59,795 nucleotides of DNA. Source: a virus (taxonomy: Duplodnaviria > Caudoviricetes). Position numbers and translations under genes: made by a program. The stretch spans positions 1 to 59,795 of the IMG/VR virus record IMGVR_UViG_3300047548_000345. One strand, written 5' to 3'. The notes beneath the pieces are model-generated. The model searched no databases. It was given only the letters and a program-made list of their open reading frames with translations, and was not told where the DNA came from. How positions within the stretch are numbered: the stretch's first letter is position 1; each line of letters starts with the position of its first letter. Shown here one piece after another: positions 46,833 to 57,080 of this stretch.

Positions 46833-47485
46833 TTAGTCTCCAAAGCAATGAAGTAAACCAACTTGCCAGTTGCATTGACAAACTTAGCAAAGCCACCGAT
46901 AGCAATCTCAACGTGATAGTTATCAGGAATCAAGCGAAGATTTTCAGTCTTGAACGATACAGCAAAGTCCTTGCCAGTATAATCATCAATCTTTGTCGAT
47001 GCAAAGTTCGAAGTGTCGTTTGACTTTTCGTGAGTTTGAAGACGAAGTTCACCATTCTTACCAATGACAGTCAAGTGAGACAAGCTATTCATGGCTGCAA
47101 GACGAAGGATCTTGCTGAGTGTGGTATTAGAAAGGTTGAACGAAACATCTACATTCTTCAACACAAGGTCTTTGCCTTGCGGTGGAGAAATGATCAGGCT
47201 CGGCGAACAAGAATAATAGTTAAGTTGCATCTCACCATCATCCATGACAACACTCTCATTCGAGAATGTCATATCAGGATTCTTTAGAGTTGTAACATTG
47301 CCGAGAAACTGGTTCAGATCATAGATGCCGAAAGTTTCAGGAATGTTATCTTCAAGATGAGCTTCAACCAGAATAGTCTGTTCTGGTGAAATGGTTTTCT
47401 GAACATTGCCTTTCTGAAGGACAACTCCCGAATTAATCGAAGAAAAGTTCTTCAAGACAGCCAAGGTATTTTCAGATAGTTTCAT
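46829..47485 (-). CDS. 45: Sliding clamp gp45
   Basis: MKLSENTLAVLKNFSSIN, FGIYDLNQFL, YFIALE. Confidence 0.95.
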   Translation of the reverse strand: MKLSENTLAVLKNFSSINSGVVLQKGNVQKTISPEQTILVEAHLEDNIPETFGIYDLNQFLGNVTTLKNPDMTFSNESVVMDDGEMQLNYYSCSPSLIISPPQGKDLVLKNVDVSFNLSNTTLSKILRLAAMNSLSHLTVIGKNGELRLQTHEKSNDTSNFASTKIDDYTGKDFAVSFKTENLRLIPDNYHVEIAIGGFAKFVNATGKLVYFIALETK

Positions 47486-47503
47486 AATATACTCCTAGAG
47501 TTT

Positions 47504-48157
47504 TCACGCGACTTTGTTTAGTATAGCAGCATTTGTAGGTCCTGTAAAGACCTTTAGCATATGAAAAACATCAGCCTCTAACATTATTAAGGACGAGTTG
47601 TTTGGAATATGATAATCAAAGTTTTCACCAATCCATGCCCATTCAGAATAATGAACATTAGGATATTTTTCTGTCATAATATCGGTGTTCTTTTCAGTAT
47701 TAGCCTTAAGTGCTGTATCATACCACTTCGGCTCTTTACCTCTCGAAACACGGACAACATGCCCACCGTAATCTCGAATAAATTTTACCTCATTTGAGAA
47801 GCGAACATCAGGAATGACAACATGCTCATGATTGGCTAGCCGCTTTGCTACGGTATGAATCCATATATCAGGATGAAATGTGTTTCGACCTGCTTCTGTT
47901 CCCATCATCTGCAAAGCGAGGCGAGGTGTGATATTGAAGTCTAACCGCTCACTCCACCAAGAATCGATAGTTTCTCTAAAGTCTCGGCTTTCATCAGTAT
48001 CACCTTCAAGTAGGTGCCGTGGCCACTGGAAGATAGTGGCCACGGCGTCTTTGACTGCATCAGCAAAAGACAGTTTGACAAACCCATAATCTTTTACGAG
48101 AATGTCTCCTACGGTGCCTTTGCCTGATCCTGCAAATCCGACAACACCAATAAGCAT
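47504..48157 (-). CDS. Deoxynucleoside monophosphate kinase (gp1-like)
   Basis: GFAGSGKGT, SFAD, PRLALQMMGTE, DVRFSNE, HYSE. Confidence 0.9.
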   Translation of the reverse strand: MLIGVVGFAGSGKGTVGDILVKDYGFVKLSFADAVKDAVATIFQWPRHLLEGDTDESRDFRETIDSWWSERLDFNITPRLALQMMGTEAGRNTFHPDIWIHTVAKRLANHEHVVIPDVRFSNEVKFIRDYGGHVVRVSRGKEPKWYDTALKANTEKNTDIMTEKYPNVHYSEWAWIGENFDYHIPNNSSLIMLEADVFHMLKVFTGPTNAAILNKVA

Positions 48158-48975
48158 CAGAGATTTCCTGTCAATGCGGCGATCTTATTCATATCGCCAG
48201 TAAATGCGTAAGTGCCGACATGCTGAGTTCTCATCCATGGGCAAAGCCAAATCTGACCGCCAATGGCTCGCCAATACTGACAGAACATATAATCTTCTGA
48301 TAGATAGCGATGAGAATCAGGATCAATCACGGTATCAAAGTATGCATGAATGTATCTTGAGCCATCAAAGTTAGCCTGGCCTGCATGATCAGGCTTATAG
48401 TTCAAGTGAGGATATTCTTCTTTGAATTTATCAAAGACGGCACGCTTGACGAGCATGAAGCCTGTGCCAATTTCCATCACTTCAAGAGGTTCGGTTACTC
48501 TGAATGAGGTTGTACCAGGAACAGCGTTGAAAACATAATCGCCAGTCAAACCTTCAAGTTCACCTGGATCAAATTTACTATCATCAAAATCAGGTTTGGC
48601 TAAAACATTCTTAGCACCCTTGAATACATTCTTCCAGTTGATTGACTTTTTAGGATAAGGTCCACCAATAATATCTTTGTCAATAGCAAGAAGCGCAAGA
48701 ACATCTTGAGGATTGAAAAGAATATCTGAGTCAATAAACAAAAGATGTGTATAGCCAGAACGAAGAAATTCATCTACAAGATAATTTCGCGCTCTAGTAA
48801 TCAGAGATTCGTTGAAGAGGAATGAAAAGCGGATTTCAATACCATATTGGGTACACATGCCTTGTAAATCGAGACATGCTTTCATATAAAGACCATTGCA
48901 ATTACCACCATACATAGGTGTTGCAACAAATAGTTTATGTTTGCGAAGATCGTTGACGTTAATCGAAAGTTCCAT
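48157..48975 (-). CDS. GT-A fold glycosyltransferase-like protein
   Basis: VATPMYGG, ESLITRARN, FIDSDI, GTGFML, LSEDYMFC. Confidence 0.7.
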   Translation of the reverse strand: MELSINVNDLRKHKLFVATPMYGGNCNGLYMKACLDLQGMCTQYGIEIRFSFLFNESLITRARNYLVDEFLRSGYTHLLFIDSDILFNPQDVLALLAIDKDIIGGPYPKKSINWKNVFKGAKNVLAKPDFDDSKFDPGELEGLTGDYVFNAVPGTTSFRVTEPLEVMEIGTGFMLVKRAVFDKFKEEYPHLNYKPDHAGQANFDGSRYIHAYFDTVIDPDSHRYLSEDYMFCQYWRAIGGQIWLCPWMRTQHVGTYAFTGDMNKIAALTGNL

Positions 48976-48996
48976 GATGATCACTCCGTGAATAAT

Positions 48997-49030
48997 AAAA
49001 GGGATGCTACAAGTATATAGCATCCCTTTT
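48997..49030. terminator. Bidirectional terminator-like hairpin
   Basis: AAAAGGGATGCTA...TAGCATCCCTTTT. Confidence 0.6.
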
Positions 49031-49051
49031 GAAAAGTATCACATGAAAAAC

Positions 49052-49264
49052 TTACGAGGCAATACGATAGAACATCGTGCGACGACCATTCACCATACGG
49101 TAGTTGCTGTAGATCGTCTTGCCTTCGAGATTACGAAGGTCAGAAACACGCTTGTGGACTGCCGAAGGAGAAACCTTGGCGAGACGAGCGAGTTTGGAAA
49201 CGGTAATACCGGCACCATCTGAATTGCGACGAAGATACTTAGCAACCTGTGAAAGCTGTGACAT
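49052..49264 (-). CDS. Small winged-HTH DNA-binding protein
   Basis: ITVSKLARLAKVSPSAVHKRVSDLR; GGAG RBS. Confidence 0.7.
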   Translation of the reverse strand: MSQLSQVAKYLRRNSDGAGITVSKLARLAKVSPSAVHKRVSDLRNLEGKTIYSNYRMVNGRRTMFYRIAS

Positions 49265-49295
49265 TAGTTTATGCTCCATTTGTTTCAAAATATAC

Positions 49296-49379
49296 GGTCA
49301 CTTATAGAAGTGGCTCCATGATGGAAAGTGACCAGCAACCATCATGGAGCCATTATGACATACTTTTAAGGTATGTCAA
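49296..49379 (-). promoter_or_regulatory. Promoter with palindromic operator and leader pseudoknot
   Basis: TTGACA-16-CATAAT overlapped by TGACATAC-N7-GTATGTCA; 14-bp hairpin whose loop pairs downstream. Confidence 0.65.
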
Positions 49380-49391
49380 TTCTTTTTTTGA

Positions 49392-50630
49392 TTAGAACGC
49401 AACTTCTTCCGTTGCGTTGCCAACCGGATCGACAGCGCCTTCAGGAAGCGGATCGACAGTAGCATCCAGTTTCTTGTAAAGATCAAGAAAGCTATTCTTG
49501 GTATCCACATCAAAGCGGTTCAAGCAAAGCGTAACAGCCTTTTCACGATCATTGAAGATAGCGAAGGCTTCGCAGATATGAACCAGGCGGCGGGTCGAAA
49601 TGATTTCAGACACAGCACCTTCAAAGAAGGACTTGCGGATCACATCAGCCCAAGTCACCAACTTTTCAACGAAGTCTTTGTCTTCCATGCCAGAAGCCTT
49701 GAGGACATTAGTGATGATCTTAGTTTCGATTTTCGTGGAAGGATATTCTTGTTCCATTGTAATCGAGAAACGCTCAAGGAAGGCTTCGTTCATAACATTG
49801 GTGCCGATAAAGCGACCATCATCAGAACCTTTGCCTTTTGTGTTAGCCGTTGCAATGATATTGAAACCAGCAGCAGGCGTGATGACCTTGTTGATCTTTT
49901 TGAGATAGATCGGCTTGCCTTCGAGGACAGGCTGAAGGCACATTAGTTTATTAGAACCAAGGTCAACTTCATCAAGGAGAAGAACGGCGCCACGCTCCAT
50001 TGCAACCACAATTGGACCATTCTGCCAGACGGTCTTGCCGTCTTGCAGGCGGAAGCCGCCGATCAGATCATCCTCATCAGTTTCGATTGTAATGTTGACG
50101 CGAACACACTCGCGCTTTTCCTGAGCGCAAACTTGTTCGACCATCATCGTCTTGCCGTTGCCAGAAAGACCTGTGATATAAACGGGATAAAACTTTTTGG
50201 ATGCGATGATTGACCGAACATCAGCAAAGTTGCCGAACGGGACATAGCCAGTAGCCTTTTCAGGCACAAGGCTAAATTCATTGACTTGAGCCTGAGGGTT
50301 CATTTGTAATACCGTTGCTGCCATCGCGGCTTCTGCAAGATTTTCAACAGGTGCGGAAGAAACTTCCACGGTTTGGACGAGAGGCTTAGCAACCGTCTTG
50401 ACCTTAGCGACCTTGACAGGCACGGACTTAACTTGAATATAAGACGGACCGTTCAGCGAATAAACGCCACGGGCAATCCGTAGAGAAGTATCATTAAGAA
50501 GCCAATTCGGAAGATCAAGGTTGTTCTCAGCGCAAACATCAAGAACCTGCTGGCGGGTGATGGAATCAATATCACCATAAGAGGACTTGACGGCATTGAG
50601 GAACACCGAACGGTCAACGAGCTTAGGCAT
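49392..50630 (-). CDS. CobS-like MoxR AAA+ ATPase
   Basis: GLSGNGKT, DEDDLIGG, LLDEVD, TANTKGKGSDDGRF, AFLERF. Confidence 0.9.
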   Translation of the reverse strand: MPKLVDRSVFLNAVKSSYGDIDSITRQQVLDVCAENNLDLPNWLLNDTSLRIARGVYSLNGPSYIQVKSVPVKVAKVKTVAKPLVQTVEVSSAPVENLAEAAMAATVLQMNPQAQVNEFSLVPEKATGYVPFGNFADVRSIIASKKFYPVYITGLSGNGKTMMVEQVCAQEKRECVRVNITIETDEDDLIGGFRLQDGKTVWQNGPIVVAMERGAVLLLDEVDLGSNKLMCLQPVLEGKPIYLKKINKVITPAAGFNIIATANTKGKGSDDGRFIGTNVMNEAFLERFSITMEQEYPSTKIETKIITNVLKASGMEDKDFVEKLVTWADVIRKSFFEGAVSEIISTRRLVHICEAFAIFNDREKAVTLCLNRFDVDTKNSFLDLYKKLDATVDPLPEGAVDPVGNATEEVAF

Positions 50631-50669
50631 GGGTCACTTTTCCTAGTTGTCTGTTTCGATTATGGATTG

Positions 50670-50698
50670 ATTATAGCATGGTAAAGGCGGAATGTCAA
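50670..50698 (-). promoter_or_regulatory. Consensus sigma70 promoter
   Basis: TTGACA-17-TATAAT with TG extension. Confidence 0.85.
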
Positions 50699-52950
50699 GC
50701 CGCCTTCGCCTTATTTGAGGAAACTTTGTCAATGAATTGTCGCAGAAGGACACGATTGATTGACTTGTTTTCCGTAAACTTCATAAACTCCTTAGCGATC
50801 TTCGTTTTTGTCATGGTAGGATCGATAGTGAGTTTATTTTCGGTTGCTGCCATAGACTTGGCATTGATAACATAATATTCATCATAGCCTTCAGACTTGA
50901 CAGGAACAAACTTGTTTTCTTTCCAGAATTTGTTCATCTTATCATGAATTTCAAGATTGAAATAGCGGCGCATAACAGAGCGAGTGCTATCTGTGCTAAG
51001 GAAGAACCCGATCAGGTTAGTATCGGTTCGATCCTTGAGAATACGCAACAAAATATTGGTCAATTCACCATAGGCGCCACGAATATCACCGTTGATATTA
51101 TATTCTTTTTTCGCCACATTATCGCGGAGAATAAAGCGAGTGCCTTTTGGTTTATGAGGTTGATATTGGAGAGAATTTACACCTTCGATAGGATTAGATT
51201 CACCATCTGTCAAGAAAATGGTATTGACGATTTGCAACTTATTGTTTTTGCGGAAATCGTTGACCAGTTTTTCAGCCGCAATGATAGCCTGATTAAGCGG
51301 CGTGCCGTTCATAGGATCAATATGGTTCCACATTGAACGCGCCCACAAATAAACGTAAGCACGATTAAGTTCCGCAACATTCATACGAGACGAGAGAATG
51401 TTACGCATACGCAAGTTGCCGACAGAAAAAGTGCCGGGTGTCCTATCAAAGCAAAGTTCACCGCGAAGATCATCTTTGTAAGTTGGATCACGGAACGTGT
51501 AGACTTCAAACGGAATCTGAACACGCTTACAGAACATGGTCAGGCTCATAAGTTGTTTTACGGTATTTGTCATACCATAACTCATTGAACCAGACCAGTC
51601 AAGAAACATGATGAAGCCATGGTTCTTACCATTAGGAACAACCGACAAGCGGCGGAAGATATCCTCATTAAACTTGTAACTGTGTAGTTTATTGGTATCG
51701 ATAACACCGGTTTTGGCTACAGAAATGCGGGAGTAAATATCAGCCGATTTACGAGCTTCAAACTCTTTCACCATGAAAGAAATCGTGGCATTTTCTTCCG
51801 CTTTGAAACGGTTCACGTTTTCATTTACAGCGGCATACCATCCTTCAGTATAGTTATAGTGACTTTTGATTGACGTTTCAATTTCAGACAAAACTCGTTT
51901 ATAATCATGAACGATTACATCATGATTAGCTTTGGGAATGTCCACATAGACATAATTAATATCATCATCGGCTACGATATTAGCAAGATTGCGTTCCCAA
52001 GCCCGTTCTGTTTGGGACTCAGGAATAAAATCTTTATCGGATGAACCGGCGCGGTCGCTGCCAGTTTTGTTTTTTTGATTTTCAGAATCCGTTTCGTTAA
52101 TGTCGCCTTCGCCTTGATGACCATCAGCGCCGTCACCATCATCATTATCAGATTCCTCATCACCTTCGGCTGAGGTTTCTTTTGCTTTTGAAGTTTTTAC
52201 TTTTTGAGAGTTTCCATCGGAATCATCCGCATCATCATCGTCGAAATCGAAATCATCACCATCATCGGACATTTCAAAATCAAAATCATCGGAGTCATCA
52301 TCGCCTTCACCAAAGTCAATGTCCGATTCCAACTCTTGATTGTTCTCGCCTTTACGCTTTGAGTAAAGATAAACTTCCTCAGTAAGAGCCTCAACTTCGG
52401 CCCACGTTTCAAGATTTTCAGCCCGCTTGATAAACGGCATTTCTTCTTTTGAAAACTTAACGCCGAGCAAAGCACCACCTTTGAAGTAAAGGTTCATGCG
52501 GTCGATGAAAGACATTGAATTAATATCTTTAGTAGCCGTGCCGAAAAAATCACGTTCGATTAATTCTTTATAGCCGACAATATAGTTTCGACGGGCACCA
52601 GGATAACGGCGCTTTTGACGTTTATCAATACGAGCATCCTCGATTACATTGAGAAAACCTTTGATAGCACCTTTCGCACGGTCATTTTCATTACCGTGGA
52701 CATTCTTGCAAATTTTATTAATAGTGCCGAGCCAGTCATCAGCCTTGGTATCAAGAGCATGACCGACCTCATGGACGACCAGCATATCATAAAGGTCATT
52801 TGAGATATTGCGCCAGACGGGAAGAACGAGCAAACGGTTCTTAACGTCAAAATATGCCGTCTTAGCGGACGGTGAATGTTGAAATGAAATGTTTTCAGTA
52901 GCCAGCAACTTAGCCAGCATGGACTTGCTTTGAGTATTATGTTCCGTCAT
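50695..52950 (-). CDS. CobT-like metallopeptidase-vWA protein
   Basis: HEVGH, NVIEDARI, acidic linker, DWSGS MIDAS, GTPL, LTDGE. Confidence 0.85.
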   Translation of the reverse strand: MTEHNTQSKSMLAKLLATENISFQHSPSAKTAYFDVKNRLLVLPVWRNISNDLYDMLVVHEVGHALDTKADDWLGTINKICKNVHGNENDRAKGAIKGFLNVIEDARIDKRQKRRYPGARRNYIVGYKELIERDFFGTATKDINSMSFIDRMNLYFKGGALLGVKFSKEEMPFIKRAENLETWAEVEALTEEVYLYSKRKGENNQELESDIDFGEGDDDSDDFDFEMSDDGDDFDFDDDDADDSDGNSQKVKTSKAKETSAEGDEESDNDDGDGADGHQGEGDINETDSENQKNKTGSDRAGSSDKDFIPESQTERAWERNLANIVADDDINYVYVDIPKANHDVIVHDYKRVLSEIETSIKSHYNYTEGWYAAVNENVNRFKAEENATISFMVKEFEARKSADIYSRISVAKTGVIDTNKLHSYKFNEDIFRRLSVVPNGKNHGFIMFLDWSGSMSYGMTNTVKQLMSLTMFCKRVQIPFEVYTFRDPTYKDDLRGELCFDRTPGTFSVGNLRMRNILSSRMNVAELNRAYVYLWARSMWNHIDPMNGTPLNQAIIAAEKLVNDFRKNNKLQIVNTIFLTDGESNPIEGVNSLQYQPHKPKGTRFILRDNVAKKEYNINGDIRGAYGELTNILLRILKDRTDTNLIGFFLSTDSTRSVMRRYFNLEIHDKMNKFWKENKFVPVKSEGYDEYYVINAKSMAATENKLTIDPTMTKTKIAKEFMKFTENKSINRVLLRQFIDKVSSNKAKAA

Positions 52951-52974
52951 GGATGCCTCACCAATCATGGTACC

Positions 52975-53045
52975 ATTATAGACGAAAAGGAGGCGTGGTC
53001 AAGCATGTTTTTGCATACCAGACCAGCCTCCTCTGCATGGCTCAG
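52975..53045 (-). promoter_or_regulatory. Early promoter with conserved upstream block (copy 2)
   Basis: TTGACC-16-TATAAT; matches 17751-17800. Confidence 0.7.
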
Positions 53046-53078
53046 GTGTGGCATAAAAGCCACATATTTTTCAATGGT

Positions 53079-54368
53079 TTATCGACCAACCTGTGGTAGA
53101 TATTTAGCTTTGGTCTCTTCCCAGGAGAGGTATATAAGGTCATCATAAAAGAGAGTTTCCGTCGAGACACGGTTCTGTTCTTTGAGAGACTTTATTCTTT
53201 TACTAGCATACTTGGTTTTCCACAATTCGGCAAGTGCTTCGTAAGAAGTATCAAAGGACTTTACCAATTGATCTTCTGTAATCTCACCACGAAGGAACTC
53301 ATTGGTGTTATTGTAGAGAGGTGAGAAATAGATACCGCGTTGATGCTCAGAGCGAATCAATTCTTTTGGAATGTCCAACTTTGAATAGGCAAATGTATAA
53401 GAGCGGTTCTTATGATCACGCTTGTAAGGCTGACCGCTAGCCTTCTTAGCAGCATACCATTCAAAATACTTTCTTGTGTAGTTCTTCTTCAACCAATCAC
53501 GAATTGCATTTACGGTACTGCGAGTTGTTTCATATGAAACTGAACCAGATGAAAAACCCATCTTCTTCCAATGTTTCAGATTATCATACTGAGACAGACC
53601 GCCCATCTTGTTTTTACCGTAGAGTGAAGTGGTTGTCACACCGACAAGAACATCACCATACTGTTTCTTCCATTGCTGTTGCACTTCATCAGAAAGGCAG
53701 AGCAACGCAAGAAGTTTACCGCCAACATAATTGTAACCAAGCGGCTGCAAAGGCACAATCGTAGAACCGATTGCGGTAAAGTTGATCATGCGACCTTGAG
53801 TTTTCTTCTCGCGTTCCCAACCGATAAACTTATCACGCGGCGTCAGATCAAGGAAGTCAGATGAGATACACATGACGCCGAGATATTTACCAGTCTTGCG
53901 ATCAACAACGATATAGTTCAGATTGCGACCGATATTAGAATTGTTCTTCATCGTGGAAGTGAATGTGCGAATACAATTCCACGTTTCAGATAGTTCTGCA
54001 TCTTTCGTATAGATCAATTCAGGCTGCAATTCAAGGTAATCATCAACAGACTTTGGTGACCAAATATTATTTTTGATTTGCTTGATGAACATCTCATCTT
54101 CGATATTCACTAATTGCTTTTCATCACCAAAGAGTGTAGAGACTTCATGCGTAGGATACCGTTCTTGAATTTCACACCACTTTTGGAATAGTGTGTATTC
54201 TTCAACGGTCATTTTTGACACGTTGGTCAGATCATTGATAACAATTTCTTTGAGTTGATCATCCGTCAGACATTCAAATGTTGAAGGATCATTATTAGAG
54301 AGCCAATCATTCCATTGTGCTTCAAGCAAAGGATCTTTCACTTCAACTTCTTCAATAGTTTCTGTCAT
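53079..54368 (-). CDS. DUF4338/DruA-like protein
   Basis: PRDKFIGW, IVPLQPLGYNYVGGKLLALL, TTTSLYG, SQY. Confidence 0.7.
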   Translation of the reverse strand: MTETIEEVEVKDPLLEAQWNDWLSNNDPSTFECLTDDQLKEIVINDLTNVSKMTVEEYTLFQKWCEIQERYPTHEVSTLFGDEKQLVNIEDEMFIKQIKNNIWSPKSVDDYLELQPELIYTKDAELSETWNCIRTFTSTMKNNSNIGRNLNYIVVDRKTGKYLGVMCISSDFLDLTPRDKFIGWEREKKTQGRMINFTAIGSTIVPLQPLGYNYVGGKLLALLCLSDEVQQQWKKQYGDVLVGVTTTSLYGKNKMGGLSQYDNLKHWKKMGFSSGSVSYETTRSTVNAIRDWLKKNYTRKYFEWYAAKKASGQPYKRDHKNRSYTFAYSKLDIPKELIRSEHQRGIYFSPLYNNTNEFLRGEITEDQLVKSFDTSYEALAELWKTKYASKRIKSLKEQNRVSTETLFYDDLIYLSWEETKAKYLPQVGR

Positions 54369-54436
54369 AATGTTTTCCGAATTTAGAGTATCTAACATAA
54401 TACCACAGATTAGGTATCAAGGCGAGAGAAATTTTA

Positions 54437-54886
54437 TCATTCTTGCAAATAAGTCCTAAACTTATCTTTATACTTTTCATATGTTCCTAAACCAAAGTTA
54501 CATGGTTTACATAAGAGTCCTCTATATTTACCAGTTTGATGGTCATGATCAACCTGAGGAGTTTTCATTACATCTTCACATATAAGGCATTTGTTATCTT
54601 GTTTTGTCAATTCTGAAAGATATTGCTCATAAGTAAAATCTACTATACCTTGCTTTTTCCAAGCATGTTCTCTATAGTATTTTTGATTTTTTTCTCTATA
54701 TTCTAGAGCCGCTTTAGGATCATATTTTTTCTTCCAGTATTCAGGGTCTTCTTCTACCTTTTTACCATACCACTCTTTAGTCAAAGTATTCATTCTGTCT
54801 CTATGCTTCTCCCTATACATTTTCATATAGTTAGGATCAGACCTAGGTGGTAAATCGTCGTAAATCTCTCTTTTCTTTCTAGACAT
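54437..54886 (-). mobile_element. Endonuclease VII-type HNH homing endonuclease
   Basis: QDNKCLIC..VDHDHQTGKYRGLLCKPCN. Confidence 0.85.
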
Positions 54887-54940
54887 ATTAGACTCCTTTC
54901 TAGAAGTTCTTATATGTATTTATAAGAAAAAACTCAAAAA

Positions 54941-56656
54941 TTACGACTGTAACATAGAAAAATTCTTAATTTTTTGAAACCTATAGACCTTTTCAAACTT
55001 ATCTAGCATCGTATCTGTCTTGTGTGAGATAACAAAGGTATTTGTATCGCCTAGCATGTCCCACATAATCTTGAGGAACTCATCGGTACCATTATTATCT
55101 AGCGAACCATCCAGAACCTCGTCAAGCACAAGAAGATTGGTATTGATTGAGTTACGCATCTTGGCAATCGAACGCCAAGTGAATAGCAGTGCAAGATCGA
55201 TACGGGTCTTCTCACCTTCTGAGAAGTTTTGATAGGAAAACTCATCACGATAACGGCTTTTGATTGTTTCTTCAAACTGTTCATTGATATTGAAGTTGAC
55301 AAAGAAACCCATACGAGCAAGATATTTGTTAATGAGTTTGTTGATGATAGGAAGATATTGCTTGATAATCTTTGTCTTGATACCGCCGTCTTTCAAAAGG
55401 CTTAGCGCGGTTTCAATGAAAAGCCTATCTTCTAAAATCTTAGCCTTCTCATCGGACAGTTCTTCAATCTCTTTTGTTACCGTAGCTAGATCATTCTGGT
55501 TATCAATCAGGATTCTATCAGCATTTTGAATTTGTTCAATTTCATCCGTCAGATCATTGACAATAGAAATAGATGTATTGATAAGAGACTTCTTAGTTGC
55601 AATCTCAGTATTGATCTTATTGTTTTCTAATACGATCTTATCCATCTCTTCGATTGATAGAATACAAGCATCAATTTGCTTAGAGATTTCTCCAAGCCCG
55701 TCTTCAAGTTCTTTAACCTTAGTTTCTGTTTCACATACGATGTTAGACTTAAAACCACTATCAATAGCTTGCCGGCAAGTTGGGCACTCATCATGATCGT
55801 GATAGAAGGCAATGTCTTTCTTATACCGAGATAGATTAGTTTCTATTTTGGTCTGTAGCGCGATATACTTTTTGTGACGATCTTTGCTTTTTGCTTTTTC
55901 TGCGGCTTGTTCGACCAAGTCACTAGACCTTTTTTCAAGGGTTTCGATTTCGGCTTTGAGCGTATGAATTTTGTTCTCATGATCATCCTTTTGAGATATC
56001 AAAGCATCAATCTTATCGCTGTTAGTCTTTTTCAGACTTGCAATGTTGCGTTCAATAAAAGTTTTAAGTTCTTCTTTAGAAGTGAGAGACAGACGGTTTC
56101 GTTCAAGTGCGCTTTTGTTCTCCACCATCTTCTGCTTAACAAGGACATTCATTGTCGAAAAGATTTGAATGTCAAGCAGGTCTTCAATCACACTACGACG
56201 GTCAGCAGGTGATAACTGCATGAAAGGAACAAATGAGGCTGAACCAAGAATGACAATCTGAGTAAAGGACTTGTAGTTCATCTTGAGGATAAACTTCTCA
56301 AGGTGTTCTTGATAGTCCTTCGACGCAGAGTCTTGGTTCAGCAGAACATCATCACAATAGATTTCAAAGACAGCAGGCTTGATACCACGAATGATCTTGT
56401 ATTCTTTACCATTGGTCGAAAACTCAATCTGCACTTCACAATTCTTACCGTTGACCGAGTTGACGAGCAACGGCTTGTTGATCTTACGAAACGCTTTACC
56501 GAACAGAGCAAAGCAAAGCGCATCAAGGATCGTGGACTTACCAGCACCGTTCTCACCGATGATGAGGGCATTGGCAGTCTCGTTCAACTTGATTTCGGTA
56601 AAGGCATTACCAGTAGAGAGTAGATTCTTCCAACGAATAGTCTTGAATACGATCAT
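54941..56656 (-). CDS. 46: Recombination endonuclease ATPase subunit gp46 (Rad50-like)
   Basis: GENGAGKST, CPTC hook, FSEGEK, LDEVLDGSLD, ISH. Confidence 0.97.
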   Translation of the reverse strand: MIVFKTIRWKNLLSTGNAFTEIKLNETANALIIGENGAGKSTILDALCFALFGKAFRKINKPLLVNSVNGKNCEVQIEFSTNGKEYKIIRGIKPAVFEIYCDDVLLNQDSASKDYQEHLEKFILKMNYKSFTQIVILGSASFVPFMQLSPADRRSVIEDLLDIQIFSTMNVLVKQKMVENKSALERNRLSLTSKEELKTFIERNIASLKKTNSDKIDALISQKDDHENKIHTLKAEIETLEKRSSDLVEQAAEKAKSKDRHKKYIALQTKIETNLSRYKKDIAFYHDHDECPTCRQAIDSGFKSNIVCETETKVKELEDGLGEISKQIDACILSIEEMDKIVLENNKINTEIATKKSLINTSISIVNDLTDEIEQIQNADRILIDNQNDLATVTKEIEELSDEKAKILEDRLFIETALSLLKDGGIKTKIIKQYLPIINKLINKYLARMGFFVNFNINEQFEETIKSRYRDEFSYQNFSEGEKTRIDLALLFTWRSIAKMRNSINTNLLVLDEVLDGSLDNNGTDEFLKIMWDMLGDTNTFVISHKTDTMLDKFEKVYRFQKIKNFSMLQS

Positions 56657-56817
56657 TCACTTTTCCCAAGTGCAATGTGAATCTTTTCGAAACCTTCACG
56701 CAGTTCTTTAAATACATCAGAAACAGTTTGTATGTAATCTGAAACTGACTCAACGCTCTTTTTAGCCAATTCCAATTGGTCTAACAATTCAGGAACAGTT
56801 TTGAGTTCTTCGGTCAT
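56653..56817 (-). CDS. Small hypothetical protein
   Basis: Manual coupled [15 protein letters not shown]... Confidence 0.5.
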   Translation of the reverse strand: MTEELKTVPELLDQLELAKKSVESVSDYIQTVSDVFKELREGFEKIHIALGKSE

Positions 56818-57080
56818 TCTTTAATTCCAAAATGTTTTCGCAAATCTTCATTGATATCATCTGCTATATTCGAATTATGCACAATATCATTTTCAACAAC
56901 AAAAGTGCCCCACTTGGAAACTCTATCCATGCACTCTTTAGCAATCAGTTTGGCAAAGTCCATCAAGTCTTTTGTATCTGCGGCATCGGTAACATAATAG
57001 TGTCGATCTGTTCCGATTTCTTGATAGTTCAGAACACCGGCTTCAAACCCCAGTTCTATAAGTCTATCTTCGGTCATCAT
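56814..57080 (-). CDS. Hypothetical protein
   Basis: FAKLIAKEC...HFGIKE. Confidence 0.6.
   Translation of the reverse strand: MMTEDRLIELGFEAGVLNYQEIGTDRHYYVTDAADTKDLMDFAKLIAKECMDRVSKWGTFVVENDIVHNSNIADDINEDLRKHFGIKE

Noticed and set aside
52100-52330. GAT-rich low-complexity tract
   Set aside because: Encodes the ordinary acidic linker of the CobT-like protein
49392-52950. CobS/CobT as cobalamin synthesis
   Set aside because: A common MoxR AAA+/vWA pair in T4-like phages; no other cob genes are present
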